DNA of 64,000 nucleotides from Spirochaetia bacterium. GTDB taxonomy: Bacteria > Spirochaetota > Spirochaetia > CADAEX01. This document shows, piece by piece, positions 8,899-18,356 of the stretch; positions within the stretch are counted from its first letter, which is position 1; every line of letters begins with the position of its first letter. The stretch lies in the NCBI GenBank assembly GCA_963662795.1, contig OY759746.1, positions 640,001 through 704,000 of the forward strand. Direction: 5' to 3'. The translations under genes and the position numbers were made by a program. The notes below the pieces were generated by a model. It saw nothing but the letters and a program-made list of their open reading frames with translations. It ran no database searches and was not told the DNA's origin.

Positions 8899-10059
8899 TT
8901 ATCCCCTTAATACCTTTTTATAAATATTTTCAATATCACTTACTGTCATCTCTTTCGGATTATTATCCAGAAGTCTTCTGACATTAAAAGCTGATTCTGA
9001 TAACGAAGGTATATCACTGACAGGAATATTAAATTTATCAAAGCTTTCCTGTATTGCAAGATCATCAACAAGTCCATATAAATGCCAGATAAATAAATCA
9101 GCTTTATCCCCAGTTTTCATATGTTTATCAGCAATTCCGGCAGTTTCTGCAGCAATTGCGAGTTTATCGATTATTTTTTCCTTGTTGAAATCCATTACCG
9201 GTGCAAGCAGTACTGCATTTGCAACTCCATGCGGTACCCTGTATTTTCCTCCAAGAGGGTATGAAAGGGCATGTACCGCGGTTGTGCCGGAAGATGCAAT
9301 TGCCGCTCCGCCGTAAAAAGAGGCAAGCAGCATCGAAGATCTGGCTTCTATATTGGAACCTTCAATAAAAGATTTTTTTAAAGAAGAAAGTATGAGCCTG
9401 ATTCCTTCCAGCGCTATCATATCACTGAACAGATTTGCCTTTTTTGATATATAGCATTCCAGAACATGGCATAGGGCATCAACGCCTGTCGATGCAGTGA
9501 GGTGTTTCGGAAGAGATACAGTAAGCTGGGGATCAAGAATTACATAGTCAGGAAGAAAAAATCTGCTGATAATACCTTTTTTGATATTTTCTCCCCTTAT
9601 TGCAATAATTGAATTTGGGGTAGCTTCAGAGCCTGTTCCTGAAGTAGTCGGTATCATGACTACCGGTATCCCTCTCTCATTTACTCCGTTTTCAATTATT
9701 TCAGAAACACTTGAGTTGTTTTTAAGCATAACCGATATCAATTTTGCAGTATCCATCACACTGCCGCCACCTACCGCAATTATCAGGTCAATTCTCATGC
9801 CAAACAAGTTTTTATTTATTCCTGTAACTTCATCATCATACGGCTCTGCAGGAATACCATCGATAATTATTATATTGCCAGCAATAGTCTTGATATTGTT
9901 CAGTACCAAATCACAAATACCAGATTTTCTAACGCCCTGATCAGTCAGTAATATTATTTTTCCGTCTTTAATATTTTTTGAAATTTCGTTTAATTTTGAA
10001 ATCTCTCCAAAGCCGAAAAAAATATTGCCTGGAAGAGATGAACTGAATTTATCTGACAT
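8899..10059 (-). CDS. Iron-containing alcohol dehydrogenase
   Basis: GGGSVMD, PTTSGTGSE, DALCH, HALSY, HGVAN. Confidence 0.9.
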   Translation of the reverse strand: MSDKFSSSLPGNIFFGFGEISKLNEISKNIKDGKIILLTDQGVRKSGICDLVLNNIKTIAGNIIIIDGIPAEPYDDEVTGINKNLFGMRIDLIIAVGGGSVMDTAKLISVMLKNNSSVSEIIENGVNERGIPVVMIPTTSGTGSEATPNSIIAIRGENIKKGIISRFFLPDYVILDPQLTVSLPKHLTASTGVDALCHVLECYISKKANLFSDMIALEGIRLILSSLKKSFIEGSNIEARSSMLLASFYGGAAIASSGTTAVHALSYPLGGKYRVPHGVANAVLLAPVMDFNKEKIIDKLAIAAETAGIADKHMKTGDKADLFIWHLYGLVDDLAIQESFDKFNIPVSDIPSLSESAFNVRRLLDNNPKEMTVSDIENIYKKVLRG

Positions 10060-11317
10060 TATCAATGACTCCTATTAATTGCAGTATTTTAATTATTGCG
10101 TCTTCTTCTCCAAAACCGCCGGCTTTTGTGACTATGGATATATCCCCCATATTTTCTTTTCGTATCAATTTCATAAGAGGTATTCCGGGAAGTATTTCCC
10201 TGTCAAATATGACACATTCGGTTTCAAGAAATGATACAACTTCATAGGCAGTATCACCTCCTGTAATAAAAAGCGTATCAATACCATATTCAGCGATGAG
10301 ATCCCTTATAAGTTTGCCCAGAAAACCAGAAACAACTTTACCGTCTTCCGGCTGGGGAAGATTTTTCTTAATCGGGGTTTTATCACTGCTGGCTGTTGTT
10401 CTGATCACTACAGGCAGCAAATTGCTGTTTTCAGTTATTTTAGCTTTTATCCGCTCAATTTCTCCGGCAGGATCTGTTTTCATTCTAGCAATATCAAGAA
10501 GAATTGAAAGATTTTCAACTTCTCTGGCAAATCTGTCACCCTGAAGATTGCTTGTCCTGGTAAGACTTCCAATAACTATTAGAACTTTTTTCCCTATTGA
10601 TATTTTTTTCCCATTATGATTGTCCTGTTTTGAACATAATGCCTCTGCCATACCTGAAGATCCTGCGATGAGTATTTCACTGTCAGTTTCTATTGAAGAA
10701 ATAATTTTCAAATCATTTATCGTTTCTGCATCTGCAATAATTACCTTTTTACCGTTGTTAATCTGATTGTAAAATTCCTTAAGAAAATCAGCCTCACCTT
10801 TCCTGATTACAGAAAGACCGATATGCCCTGTCTGATGGCGGAATCTGTTTTCAATTATTTTAACAACATTTGAGCTGATTACAGGATTAAATGGATCATC
10901 ACCGGATTCAGTGTTTTTGACAGGCATACCGTTTGCATAGCATATCCCGTTTTTTACTGTTCTGTTGTTACGGGGAGCAGAAGGAGCAACTAATGCGGCC
11001 CTAAAACCGGCAGCATCGATAATAGCTTCAATCTCGATACCTATATTGCCCCTCATAGTTGAATCAATTTTTTTAAATATCTGCTTTATTCCATGGGAAA
11101 CACAATCAGCAGCCACATCGTAAACTTTTTTATAGGCAGTTGCTTCATCATCAAATCTTGATTCAGTATTAATTACCTTTACATCACATTCTTTATATTT
11201 TGATGCCGTATTGTTATTAATAAATAATACCGGCATATATCCGGCTTTGCGGTAATGAATGGCAGAATCGGCGGAACCTGTAAAATCATCAGCTATTATA
11301 CATTTTTCTGGTTTCAT
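10049..11317 (-). CDS. Four-carbon acid sugar kinase (DUF1537/DUF1357, DtnK-like)
   Basis: IADDFTGS, KKIDSTMRGN, TGGDTA, TKAGGFG. Confidence 0.92.
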   Translation of the reverse strand: MKPEKCIIADDFTGSADSAIHYRKAGYMPVLFINNNTASKYKECDVKVINTESRFDDEATAYKKVYDVAADCVSHGIKQIFKKIDSTMRGNIGIEIEAIIDAAGFRAALVAPSAPRNNRTVKNGICYANGMPVKNTESGDDPFNPVISSNVVKIIENRFRHQTGHIGLSVIRKGEADFLKEFYNQINNGKKVIIADAETINDLKIISSIETDSEILIAGSSGMAEALCSKQDNHNGKKISIGKKVLIVIGSLTRTSNLQGDRFAREVENLSILLDIARMKTDPAGEIERIKAKITENSNLLPVVIRTTASSDKTPIKKNLPQPEDGKVVSGFLGKLIRDLIAEYGIDTLFITGGDTAYEVVSFLETECVIFDREILPGIPLMKLIRKENMGDISIVTKAGGFGEEDAIIKILQLIGVIDNVR

Positions 11318-11331
11318 TATGGCAACTTAAC

Positions 11332-11348
11332 TGCATTTTCTGTGCCAA
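11332..11348 (-). promoter_or_regulatory. sigma54 -24/-12 promoter
   Basis: Minus strand TTGGCAC-AGAAA-ATGCA, adjacent to a sigma54 activator gene. Confidence 0.8.
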
Positions 11349-11453
11349 TTTATGAATCCAGGAATTTATTAATGATAACTCCATACATTATAATTATTTA
11401 TTTATATTTTTTTTATTAAATATTTATTGAATCACAATACTAATGGTGATTTT

Positions 11454-13337
11454 TTAATCATCTATGATAGATAATTCACCAGCTAATTTCTTTTTCAAAG
11501 TGTTCCTGTCAATGACAAGACGTCTGGCTGTTCGTGATATATTCCGGTTTTCTTCTTCAAATATTTTTTTTATAATGCGGTTTTCTATTTCTGCAAGCGA
11601 ACCTTCACCTATGCTGTAATTACCAGATAAGGCTGAAGCAGTAAATAATCTCTCAAGATTTTTTTCTGCATACTCATTCCCATTCATATTATAAAGAATA
11701 GAAAACCGTTCCGCCATATTTTCCAATTCACGGATATTTCCCGGCCAATAGTATTTTTTCAGTATTTTTTTAAAACTACTGCTGAGTGAATTAAGTGCAA
11801 TTGTATTCCCGCTATATTTTTTAATATATATCTCGAATATCGGAAGTATATCCTCTACCCGCTGCCGAAGGGGAGGAATATTTATTTCGAGGACATTCAA
11901 CCTGTAATAAAGGTCTTTTCGGAATTTTCCCTTTAAAATTTCTTCTTCAAGGTTCCGGTTTGTAGCTGCTATGATTCTAACATTGATCGGGATAATCTTG
12001 TCATCGCCTATTCTTCTGATCTCTTTTTCCTGAAGAACACGAAGAAGTTTTGTCTGCAGATTTATATCAATTTCACTGATTTCATCAAGAAAGATTGTTC
12101 CATTATGCGCAGCCTCAAAAAGCCCATGGTGACCGCTCTTTGAGGCACCGGTAAAAGCACCCTCGATATAACCGAAAAGTTCACTTTCAAGAAGATTATC
12201 AGTCAAGGCAGCACAATTTACAGCTATAAACGCTCCGTCGTGAACAGGACTGTTGTTATGAATGCTTTGTGCAACAAGTTCCTTACCAGTACCGGTCTCT
12301 CCATATATTATAATATTACTCCTGTTTCTGCTGTACTGTTTTGCTATGGCAATGCAGTCTTTCATACAGCTGGATACATAGAAAATATCCTGAAAAGTGT
12401 ACCTGGCCTGATGACCTTTGTTTTGAAGCTGTTTCCGTATTGTTATTTCAAAGTCACGGATTGTCTCGGATTTCAGAAATGAAATAACAAGTCCTTCTGT
12501 TTTTCCACTTATAATAATGGCACGTGTATTATAGGCAAAACTCCCGCAGGAAAGATTAAAAATACCACCTGCCGATAGATTGTTTTTTTTAATCAAATTC
12601 TCATATTCTATTGACGGAATAATATCGCTAATATGTTTTCCTGGAATTGTTCTGAATTCTGTGCCAAGATAAGCCAATCCCTGCTGGTTAATCTGCCTTA
12701 TTATCCCTTTTTTATCTATATTGATGATACCTTCACTTACTGAATTCAAAATAGCATTTATTTTAGCAGCATTTTCCAGATGGTCTTTTGTACTTTTATA
12801 GATCAGTACTGCTTTTTCAAAAGCTTCTTTTAACGCTTCTCTGCCTGATTCTATCAAAAGATAATTCAAATTATATTCTTCAGCTTTTTTTACTGATATT
12901 ACATCCCCGATAACAATATCAGCTTCCTTGTCTGCAATTTCAGACATTATATCAGGCAAATCCTGATCACTTTCAAGAGTAAATATTTCAGCAGGAATAT
13001 CCAGGATATTGCAAATGGCTTTTGCAGGATGCGTTAAATTTTCAAAACCTACTATTGCTATTTTTTTTCTCAATCCTTTTAATTTCTTAAGATTTTCAAG
13101 AAGATCATAAAAAGAAACTCCTACTTCAATTACAGGTATTTCCAGCTGTTTTTTTATAAGGCTGGCAGTTCCGCCCCTGCTTACAAAAATACATCCGTGT
13201 TCATACCTGTATCTGTCAGCAATTTTAACTCCTTCAGAAAGGTCTCCAATGTGAGTCTTGATCTCTATATCATAATCATCAGCAATACTATCCGCAATAT
13301 TCTTAAGTTTTTCATATGGAGCTATAAATACAATCAT
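11454..13337 (-). CDS. PrpR-type sigma54-dependent activator (PrpR_N-PAS-AAA-HTH)
   Basis: SRGGTA, GETGTGKE, GAFTGA, WPGNIREL, C-terminal Fis HTH. Start moved to the ATG at 13337, downstream of a TGnTATAAT box. Confidence 0.92.
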   Translation of the reverse strand: MIVFIAPYEKLKNIADSIADDYDIEIKTHIGDLSEGVKIADRYRYEHGCIFVSRGGTASLIKKQLEIPVIEVGVSFYDLLENLKKLKGLRKKIAIVGFENLTHPAKAICNILDIPAEIFTLESDQDLPDIMSEIADKEADIVIGDVISVKKAEEYNLNYLLIESGREALKEAFEKAVLIYKSTKDHLENAAKINAILNSVSEGIINIDKKGIIRQINQQGLAYLGTEFRTIPGKHISDIIPSIEYENLIKKNNLSAGGIFNLSCGSFAYNTRAIIISGKTEGLVISFLKSETIRDFEITIRKQLQNKGHQARYTFQDIFYVSSCMKDCIAIAKQYSRNRSNIIIYGETGTGKELVAQSIHNNSPVHDGAFIAVNCAALTDNLLESELFGYIEGAFTGASKSGHHGLFEAAHNGTIFLDEISEIDINLQTKLLRVLQEKEIRRIGDDKIIPINVRIIAATNRNLEEEILKGKFRKDLYYRLNVLEINIPPLRQRVEDILPIFEIYIKKYSGNTIALNSLSSSFKKILKKYYWPGNIRELENMAERFSILYNMNGNEYAEKNLERLFTASALSGNYSIGEGSLAEIENRIIKKIFEEENRNISRTARRLVIDRNTLKKKLAGELSIIDD

Positions 13338-13472
13338 TACTATATAATTATAACATAAAAAGCAGACACTCAAATATATATATTTGGCATTGATCTCTAT
13401 TAACTTTCAGGAGTACATCATTATGCATAAATTTCTTGACAGATAAATCATTGTACCTGAAAATAAATCACG

Positions 13473-13820
13473 ATGAAACTGCTTGTGTTTGTCTTAAACA
13501 AGGAAGAGCTTCTCGAAGAAGTGCTTGCCGCATACCTTGAGGCAGGCATTCCAGGCGCTACAATTCTTGATTCCGAAGGAATGGGGAGATTTCTAACCTA
13601 TGAAGTTCCCCTTTTTGCCGATTTCAAGGAATTCATGAAGGGAAATAAACCATACAATAAAACAATTTTCTCTGTCATTCAGAACGAAAAATCGATTCCC
13701 CGTCTTGAAAAACTGCTTGATAAGGTCTGCGGCGGCCTTGATGAACCTGGAACAGGAATTCTCTTCACTCTCCCTTTAGATTATGCCAGGGGCCTTGTGC
13801 CTGCAGATACGGAGGATTGA
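13473..13820 (+). CDS. PII-like (GlnB-fold) protein, transporter-associated subfamily
   Basis: 115 aa, GATILDSEGMG and GTGILFTLP; lacks the canonical GlnB T-loop YRGxEY. Confidence 0.75.
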   Translation: MKLLVFVLNKEELLEEVLAAYLEAGIPGATILDSEGMGRFLTYEVPLFADFKEFMKGNKPYNKTIFSVIQNEKSIPRLEKLLDKVCGGLDEPGTGILFTLPLDYARGLVPADTED

Positions 13821-13821
13821 T

Positions 13822-14283
13822 TTGCTTAAATTATCCAGGATGCTTGATAAAGAGTGTATTAAACTTGAGATGAGCGCTGTCAGGAAAAGGGACGCGATTT
13901 CGGAACTCCTCGAAGTCCTTAAAGATAACGGGAAAATAGATGATACAATACCGCTGCTTAACGATATCTGCGAGAGGGAAAAATCAGCTTCAACCGGAAT
14001 AGGCTATGGAATAGCCATCCCGCATAAAATTGTTGACGGGCTTGAAAAAACAATAATAGCGTTTGGAAGAAAAAAAGAGGGGATCAATTTTGATTCAATT
14101 GACGGGAAACCGGTCTCCCTCTTTTTCCTTATACTGGGGAAGGAAGGAAGCACGGGAAGTCATCTGCGGCTCTTAAGCAAACTGGCAAGACTTCTTCATG
14201 ACCCTGATTTCAGGGAATCACTTTCCAGCGCGCAGTCGGCTGAGGATATCATTAACGCCTTTGCCCGGGAGGATGATGAATGA
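13822..14283 (+). CDS. PTS EIIA (Fru/Ntr-type), stand-alone
   Basis: RE..ASTGIGYGIAIPH (phospho-His), FDSIDGKPV, HLRLLSKLARLL. TTG start at 13822 after GGAGG. Confidence 0.9.
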   Translation: MLKLSRMLDKECIKLEMSAVRKRDAISELLEVLKDNGKIDDTIPLLNDICEREKSASTGIGYGIAIPHKIVDGLEKTIIAFGRKKEGINFDSIDGKPVSLFFLILGKEGSTGSHLRLLSKLARLLHDPDFRESLSSAQSAEDIINAFAREDDE

Positions 14284-14792
14284 ACCTGGCTGCAAAATGG
14301 AAAATCACAAGGATATTACTTACTTCAGTTTATCTTTTCGCGGGGTGGATGCTGTTTACGGGAAGCCTTAATCCCTTTTCCATGGCTATGGGCCTTTTTT
14401 TTTCAGTATTAACAGCGCGTTTAACCTACAGCCTCTTCATAGATGAAAAAGAGGCTGAAAGACGGGGGCTTGTCTTTAAGGTTCATTTTCTTGTTTTTTA
14501 TCTTTTATTTCTATTATTTAAAATGTATGCCTCGAGCTTTGCGGTTTTATACAATGTCATAAGGGGCAACATAAATCCGAGAGTTGTTCATTTCAGAACA
14601 AGGCTCAAATCCGACATTGCGCGCGTTATCCTTACAAACTCAATTACGCTTACTCCCGGAACAATAACCTTAAGCCTTGACGATGACCATCTGATAGTCC
14701 ACTGGCTTGAGGCAAAGACAACACATTCGCGCTATGCCGGGGAACTTATCAAGGGTAAAATGGAAAAAATACTGAAAAGGATTTTTGTATGA
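14280..14792 (+). CDS. mnhE: Mrp/Mnh antiporter subunit E (MbhA-like)
   Basis: NSITLTPGT, LIVHW. Confidence 0.88.
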   Translation: MNLAAKWKITRILLTSVYLFAGWMLFTGSLNPFSMAMGLFFSVLTARLTYSLFIDEKEAERRGLVFKVHFLVFYLLFLLFKMYASSFAVLYNVIRGNINPRVVHFRTRLKSDIARVILTNSITLTPGTITLSLDDDHLIVHWLEAKTTHSRYAGELIKGKMEKILKRIFV

Positions 14793-15061
14793 ATACGCAG
14801 ACCGCATTCAGCGTTATTATCTATCTTTTTATCGGTTCCGGCGTTATAAGCCTTTACCGGGTTATCTCCGGCCCTACAGCAGCAGACCGCCTGATCGGGT
14901 TAAATATTATATCAGCCCAGATACTTGCGGTTCTGGTTCTGTTCGCTGCTATGGAAAACCTGCATGTTTATCTTGATGTGGCGCTTGTCTACGATATATT
15001 CGGATTTGTCGGCATACTCGCTATCGCAAGGTATACCGGAAAAAAAGAAGAGTTAAAATGA
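14789..15061 (+). CDS. mnhF: Mrp/Mnh subunit F (MbhB-like)
   Basis: GPTAADRLIG, LDVALVY. Confidence 0.88.
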   Translation: MNTQTAFSVIIYLFIGSGVISLYRVISGPTAADRLIGLNIISAQILAVLVLFAAMENLHVYLDVALVYDIFGFVGILAIARYTGKKEELK

Positions 15062-15366
15062 CAGAATGGATAGTCTTCGGTTTTCTGATTCTGGGAGCCG
15101 TATTTAATCTGATGGGGCTTCTCGGCGTCCTTATTTTTCCTGATCCCTATACGCGGCTTCAGGCTTCATCGACATGCAGCACTACCTCGGTTATGTCAGT
15201 ATTTATTGCGGCAATGATAGAATCAGGCATCTCGGCCGTTACCGGAAAGATACTTGTAATAACCCTGTTCTTTTTCATTTCAAGCCCGGTATCAGCCCAC
15301 ATCATAGCGTGTTACGCCTGGAATAATGAAATAATCCCCTGGCGGCGAAAGGGGGGACCGGAATGA
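15058..15366 (+). CDS. mnhG: Mrp/Mnh subunit G (MbhC-like)
   Basis: FPDPYTRLQA, SPVSAH. Confidence 0.88.
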   Translation: MTEWIVFGFLILGAVFNLMGLLGVLIFPDPYTRLQASSTCSTTSVMSVFIAAMIESGISAVTGKILVITLFFFISSPVSAHIIACYAWNNEIIPWRRKGGPE

Positions 15367-15596
15367 CAACACTGCTTCTTGCCCTGCACGTCCTGCTTGC
15401 TGTTATAATCCTTGTATCACGTAATATGCTGACCGCGGTAATCCTCCTTGCGGTTTTAAGCCTTTTCAGCAGCCTTCTGTTCTTCATACTGCACGCGCCT
15501 GATGTCGCACTCACAGAGGCGGCCGTAGGAGCAGGCGTCTCTACTTTTCTTTATATCTGGATAATACGGAAAACTGAAATGGAGATAAAACCTTGA
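15363..15596 (+). CDS. DUF4040 / MbhD-like membrane subunit
   Basis: APDVALTEAAVGAG. Confidence 0.85.
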   Translation: MTTLLLALHVLLAVIILVSRNMLTAVILLAVLSLFSSLLFFILHAPDVALTEAAVGAGVSTFLYIWIIRKTEMEIKP

Positions 15597-15847
15597 AAAG
15601 GCTGTTTCATATTCTGATAATTGCTGTATTCTCACTTTTGCTTATCTTTGCTCTTCTCTTCGCTGACCACAGGGCGCCGGATACGGCAAAACAGTTTCTT
15701 CTTGAAAAAAGCTACGTTGAAACGGGGGCGGCAAACCTGGTTACGGCGATATACCTCGGATACAGGGCTTTTGATACGCTTGGAGAGACAATTGTGCTTA
15801 TCGCCTCTGTTACAGGCGTTGTATTTCTTATGGGAAGCAGACAATGA
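15593..15847 (+). CDS. MbhE-like membrane subunit
   Basis: NLVTAIYLGYRAFDTLGE. Confidence 0.85.
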   Translation: MKRLFHILIIAVFSLLLIFALLFADHRAPDTAKQFLLEKSYVETGAANLVTAIYLGYRAFDTLGETIVLIASVTGVVFLMGSRQ

Positions 15848-16266
15848 AAAAAACAGATATACTTGATGTCGTATCACGTAAATTGGCTCCTTTCATACTG
15901 CTCTTCGGATTTTACCTGCTGACATACGGGCACCTCTCCCCCGGCGGAGGGTTTCAGGGAGGGGTTACAATAGCATCGGCTGTAATCCTGCTGTTTCTTG
16001 CCAGGGGGACCGCAAGGGTCCTTGAGGTGTTTCCCCTTAAATCTGTTCATTACACCGAAGCATACGGATTTTTTGCATTTTTATTGACAGGTATTGCGGG
16101 TCTTGTTTACGGACAGGGTTTTCTATCCAGTTTTCTGAAAGTACAGGGGACCGGAGCAATCCCCGGCGGCGGCACAATCTTATTACTCAACATTATAATC
16201 GGGCTTAAGGTAGGCGCAGGCATAACGCTTATCTGCTATTACCTTTTCAAAGAGAAAGAGGAATAA
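15844..16266 (+). CDS. mnhB: Mrp/Mnh subunit B (MbhF-like)
   Basis: GHLSPGGGFQGG, IGLKV. Confidence 0.88.
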   Translation: MKKTDILDVVSRKLAPFILLFGFYLLTYGHLSPGGGFQGGVTIASAVILLFLARGTARVLEVFPLKSVHYTEAYGFFAFLLTGIAGLVYGQGFLSSFLKVQGTGAIPGGGTILLLNIIIGLKVGAGITLICYYLFKEKEE

Positions 16267-16604
16267 TGATTAACCTGACACTTATCGCGGCCCTGTTTAT
16301 TACCGGCGTTTCCGGTCTCATACTTTCCGGAAACCTTATAAAAAAGGTTATTGCCCTTGGAATCATAAACTCATCTGTTATTATTTTATTTATATACACA
16401 GGTTCCCTTTCAGGCGTCCTTGCTCCGATAATTACCGCCGGAGAAATGAATATTGTAGATCCTCTTCCTCAGGCCCTGATGCTTACTGCAATTGTAGTCG
16501 GGTTATGCATAACAGCCCTTGCGCTTGCCTTAATCTACAGGTTATACAGGCTTTACGGATCGCTTGATATAAGAGAAATTGAAAAAAAGGCAAGGCGCCC
16601 GTGA
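16266..16604 (+). CDS. mnhC: Mrp/Mnh subunit C (MbhG-like)
   Basis: NLIKK, DPLPQALMLTAIVV. Confidence 0.9.
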   Translation: MINLTLIAALFITGVSGLILSGNLIKKVIALGIINSSVIILFIYTGSLSGVLAPIITAGEMNIVDPLPQALMLTAIVVGLCITALALALIYRLYRLYGSLDIREIEKKARRP

Positions 16605-18304
16605 ACAATCAGCTGATTATCCTGTTTGTAATCATACCTCTTGCCGCCTCGTTTTTCGCTCTTATCGGCAAGATCAGTCACAGCAGGAATTCCGTCATGG
16701 CAAAAACTGCGGCAGCTTTCTCATTCGCGGCCGGGTTTTTACTCCTGATGCTCTTTTCCGATGTGGTATCAGGCGGGAATGTTTACAGCAATGTTATAGG
16801 GAACTGGTCAATCATTACAGGAATAAGCCAGAAACTTGACCGGCTTTCATGGACAGGACTCGCACTGATGAACATAGTCTCATCCCTTTCACTGCTTTAT
16901 GCTTTTTCAGAAAATAAATATGACAGCGATTTTTATTTTTTCTTTTTGCTTCTTCACGCGGGAATGGCGGGCATGCTCCTTGCGGATGATCTTTTCAATC
17001 TGTTTGTATGTCTTGAGATTACAGGAATCAGCACCTACGTTCTTATCGCATATACCAAAAAGGAAAAATCAATATTCGCAAGCTTTAAATATCTTATGCT
17101 CAGTTCACTCGGGATAAGTCTTTTCTTAATAGGCATTTTTATTGTTTACAGACAGACCGGATCTTTATTTTTTGACGATATGAAGAGAGTATTTTCTTCG
17201 AACAATACACATACACCTGAAACTGCTTTTGCCGTTTCAGCTTTGATTTCCGGGATCGGGGTAAGGACCGCGTTTATCCCCTATACGTGGCTTCCTGACG
17301 CGCACGCTTTTGCCCCCCACCCTGTCTCTGCCGTGCTTTCAGGCGTGCTTATAAAAGTTTCCTTTTTCGCGGTCTGGAAGCTTATAACTGTGCTTGATAT
17401 TTTTGAGGCAGGAATGTTCCTCCTCTGGATGGGAGCGGCAATCGCGCTGATAGGAGTACTGCGGGCGCTGTCGCAGACAGACTTCAAGGTACTGCTGGCA
17501 TGGCACTCGGTGTCCCAGATGGGCTTTATCTTCGCAGGATTCGGAGCCGGCACCTCCCTTTCAGTTACAGGGGCAATGTTCCATGCCATAAGTCACGGTC
17601 TTTTCAAAAGCCTCCTCTTCCTCTCTGTCAGCCTTGTAATAATAAAAACAGGAGAAAGGTCGCTTGACAGGATTTCAGGGATGGCAAAAAAAATGCCTCT
17701 GGCGGCGCTGCTTTTCGTTATCGGAGCGTTAAGCATAACAGGCATTCCCCCGTTTACAGGGTTTGTCAGTAAAAATCTGATCCTTTCGGGATTAAAGGAT
17801 TACCCTGCCGCATACTGGATTCTTATTGCCTCATCAGTTGGAACAGTGGCCTCTTTTACCAAGCTGTCGCTTGTTTTCAGGGGAAAACTTTCACCCTCAG
17901 CATCAGCAGCTTTTACCGCAGTTCCTGCCGCAGGACCTGATGGCGGTACACCCGGTGTAAAAGCCGCAGGAGGTAACAGCTTTTTTGCAGGATACACAGG
18001 CATGGGAATTCTCGCCCTCCTTTGTCTTCTTGCAGGTATATTCGGCGAACAGCTTGCATCAGCACTTAACTTTTCTGTTCCGGGACCCGGCGGACCGGAG
18101 ACAGCTTCACCATGGAAAATATCAGAATATATTAAAACCGCTTTTATCATAATTTCAGGGATATTATGTTATTTTTTTATAATGAGCAGGCCCGGTAAAT
18201 ACCTGCAGAAAAAAGCAAGAAATATTCAGCTTTCATTTGATTCACAGCTAGTGCTTTTACTGGCCGGTTTTCTGGCTTTATTGGCTTTTTTATATTTCCA
18301 ATAA
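16601..18304 (+). CDS. mnhD: Mrp/Mnh subunit D (MbhH/NuoM-like)
   Basis: DLFNLFVCLE, WLPDAH..AP.PVSAVLSG, HGLFKSLLF, GIPPFTGFVSK. Confidence 0.9.
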   Translation: MNNQLIILFVIIPLAASFFALIGKISHSRNSVMAKTAAAFSFAAGFLLLMLFSDVVSGGNVYSNVIGNWSIITGISQKLDRLSWTGLALMNIVSSLSLLYAFSENKYDSDFYFFFLLLHAGMAGMLLADDLFNLFVCLEITGISTYVLIAYTKKEKSIFASFKYLMLSSLGISLFLIGIFIVYRQTGSLFFDDMKRVFSSNNTHTPETAFAVSALISGIGVRTAFIPYTWLPDAHAFAPHPVSAVLSGVLIKVSFFAVWKLITVLDIFEAGMFLLWMGAAIALIGVLRALSQTDFKVLLAWHSVSQMGFIFAGFGAGTSLSVTGAMFHAISHGLFKSLLFLSVSLVIIKTGERSLDRISGMAKKMPLAALLFVIGALSITGIPPFTGFVSKNLILSGLKDYPAAYWILIASSVGTVASFTKLSLVFRGKLSPSASAAFTAVPAAGPDGGTPGVKAAGGNSFFAGYTGMGILALLCLLAGIFGEQLASALNFSVPGPGGPETASPWKISEYIKTAFIIISGILCYFFIMSRPGKYLQKKARNIQLSFDSQLVLLLAGFLALLAFLYFQ

Positions 18305-18356
18305 ATTATTTATTTTATATAATAAAATATCTCATCTGCAGTATGGAGACAGAAAC

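Noticed and set aside
14280-18304. Membrane-bound hydrogenase or complex I
   Set aside because: No NiFe, Fe-S or NuoH-like subunits are adjacent
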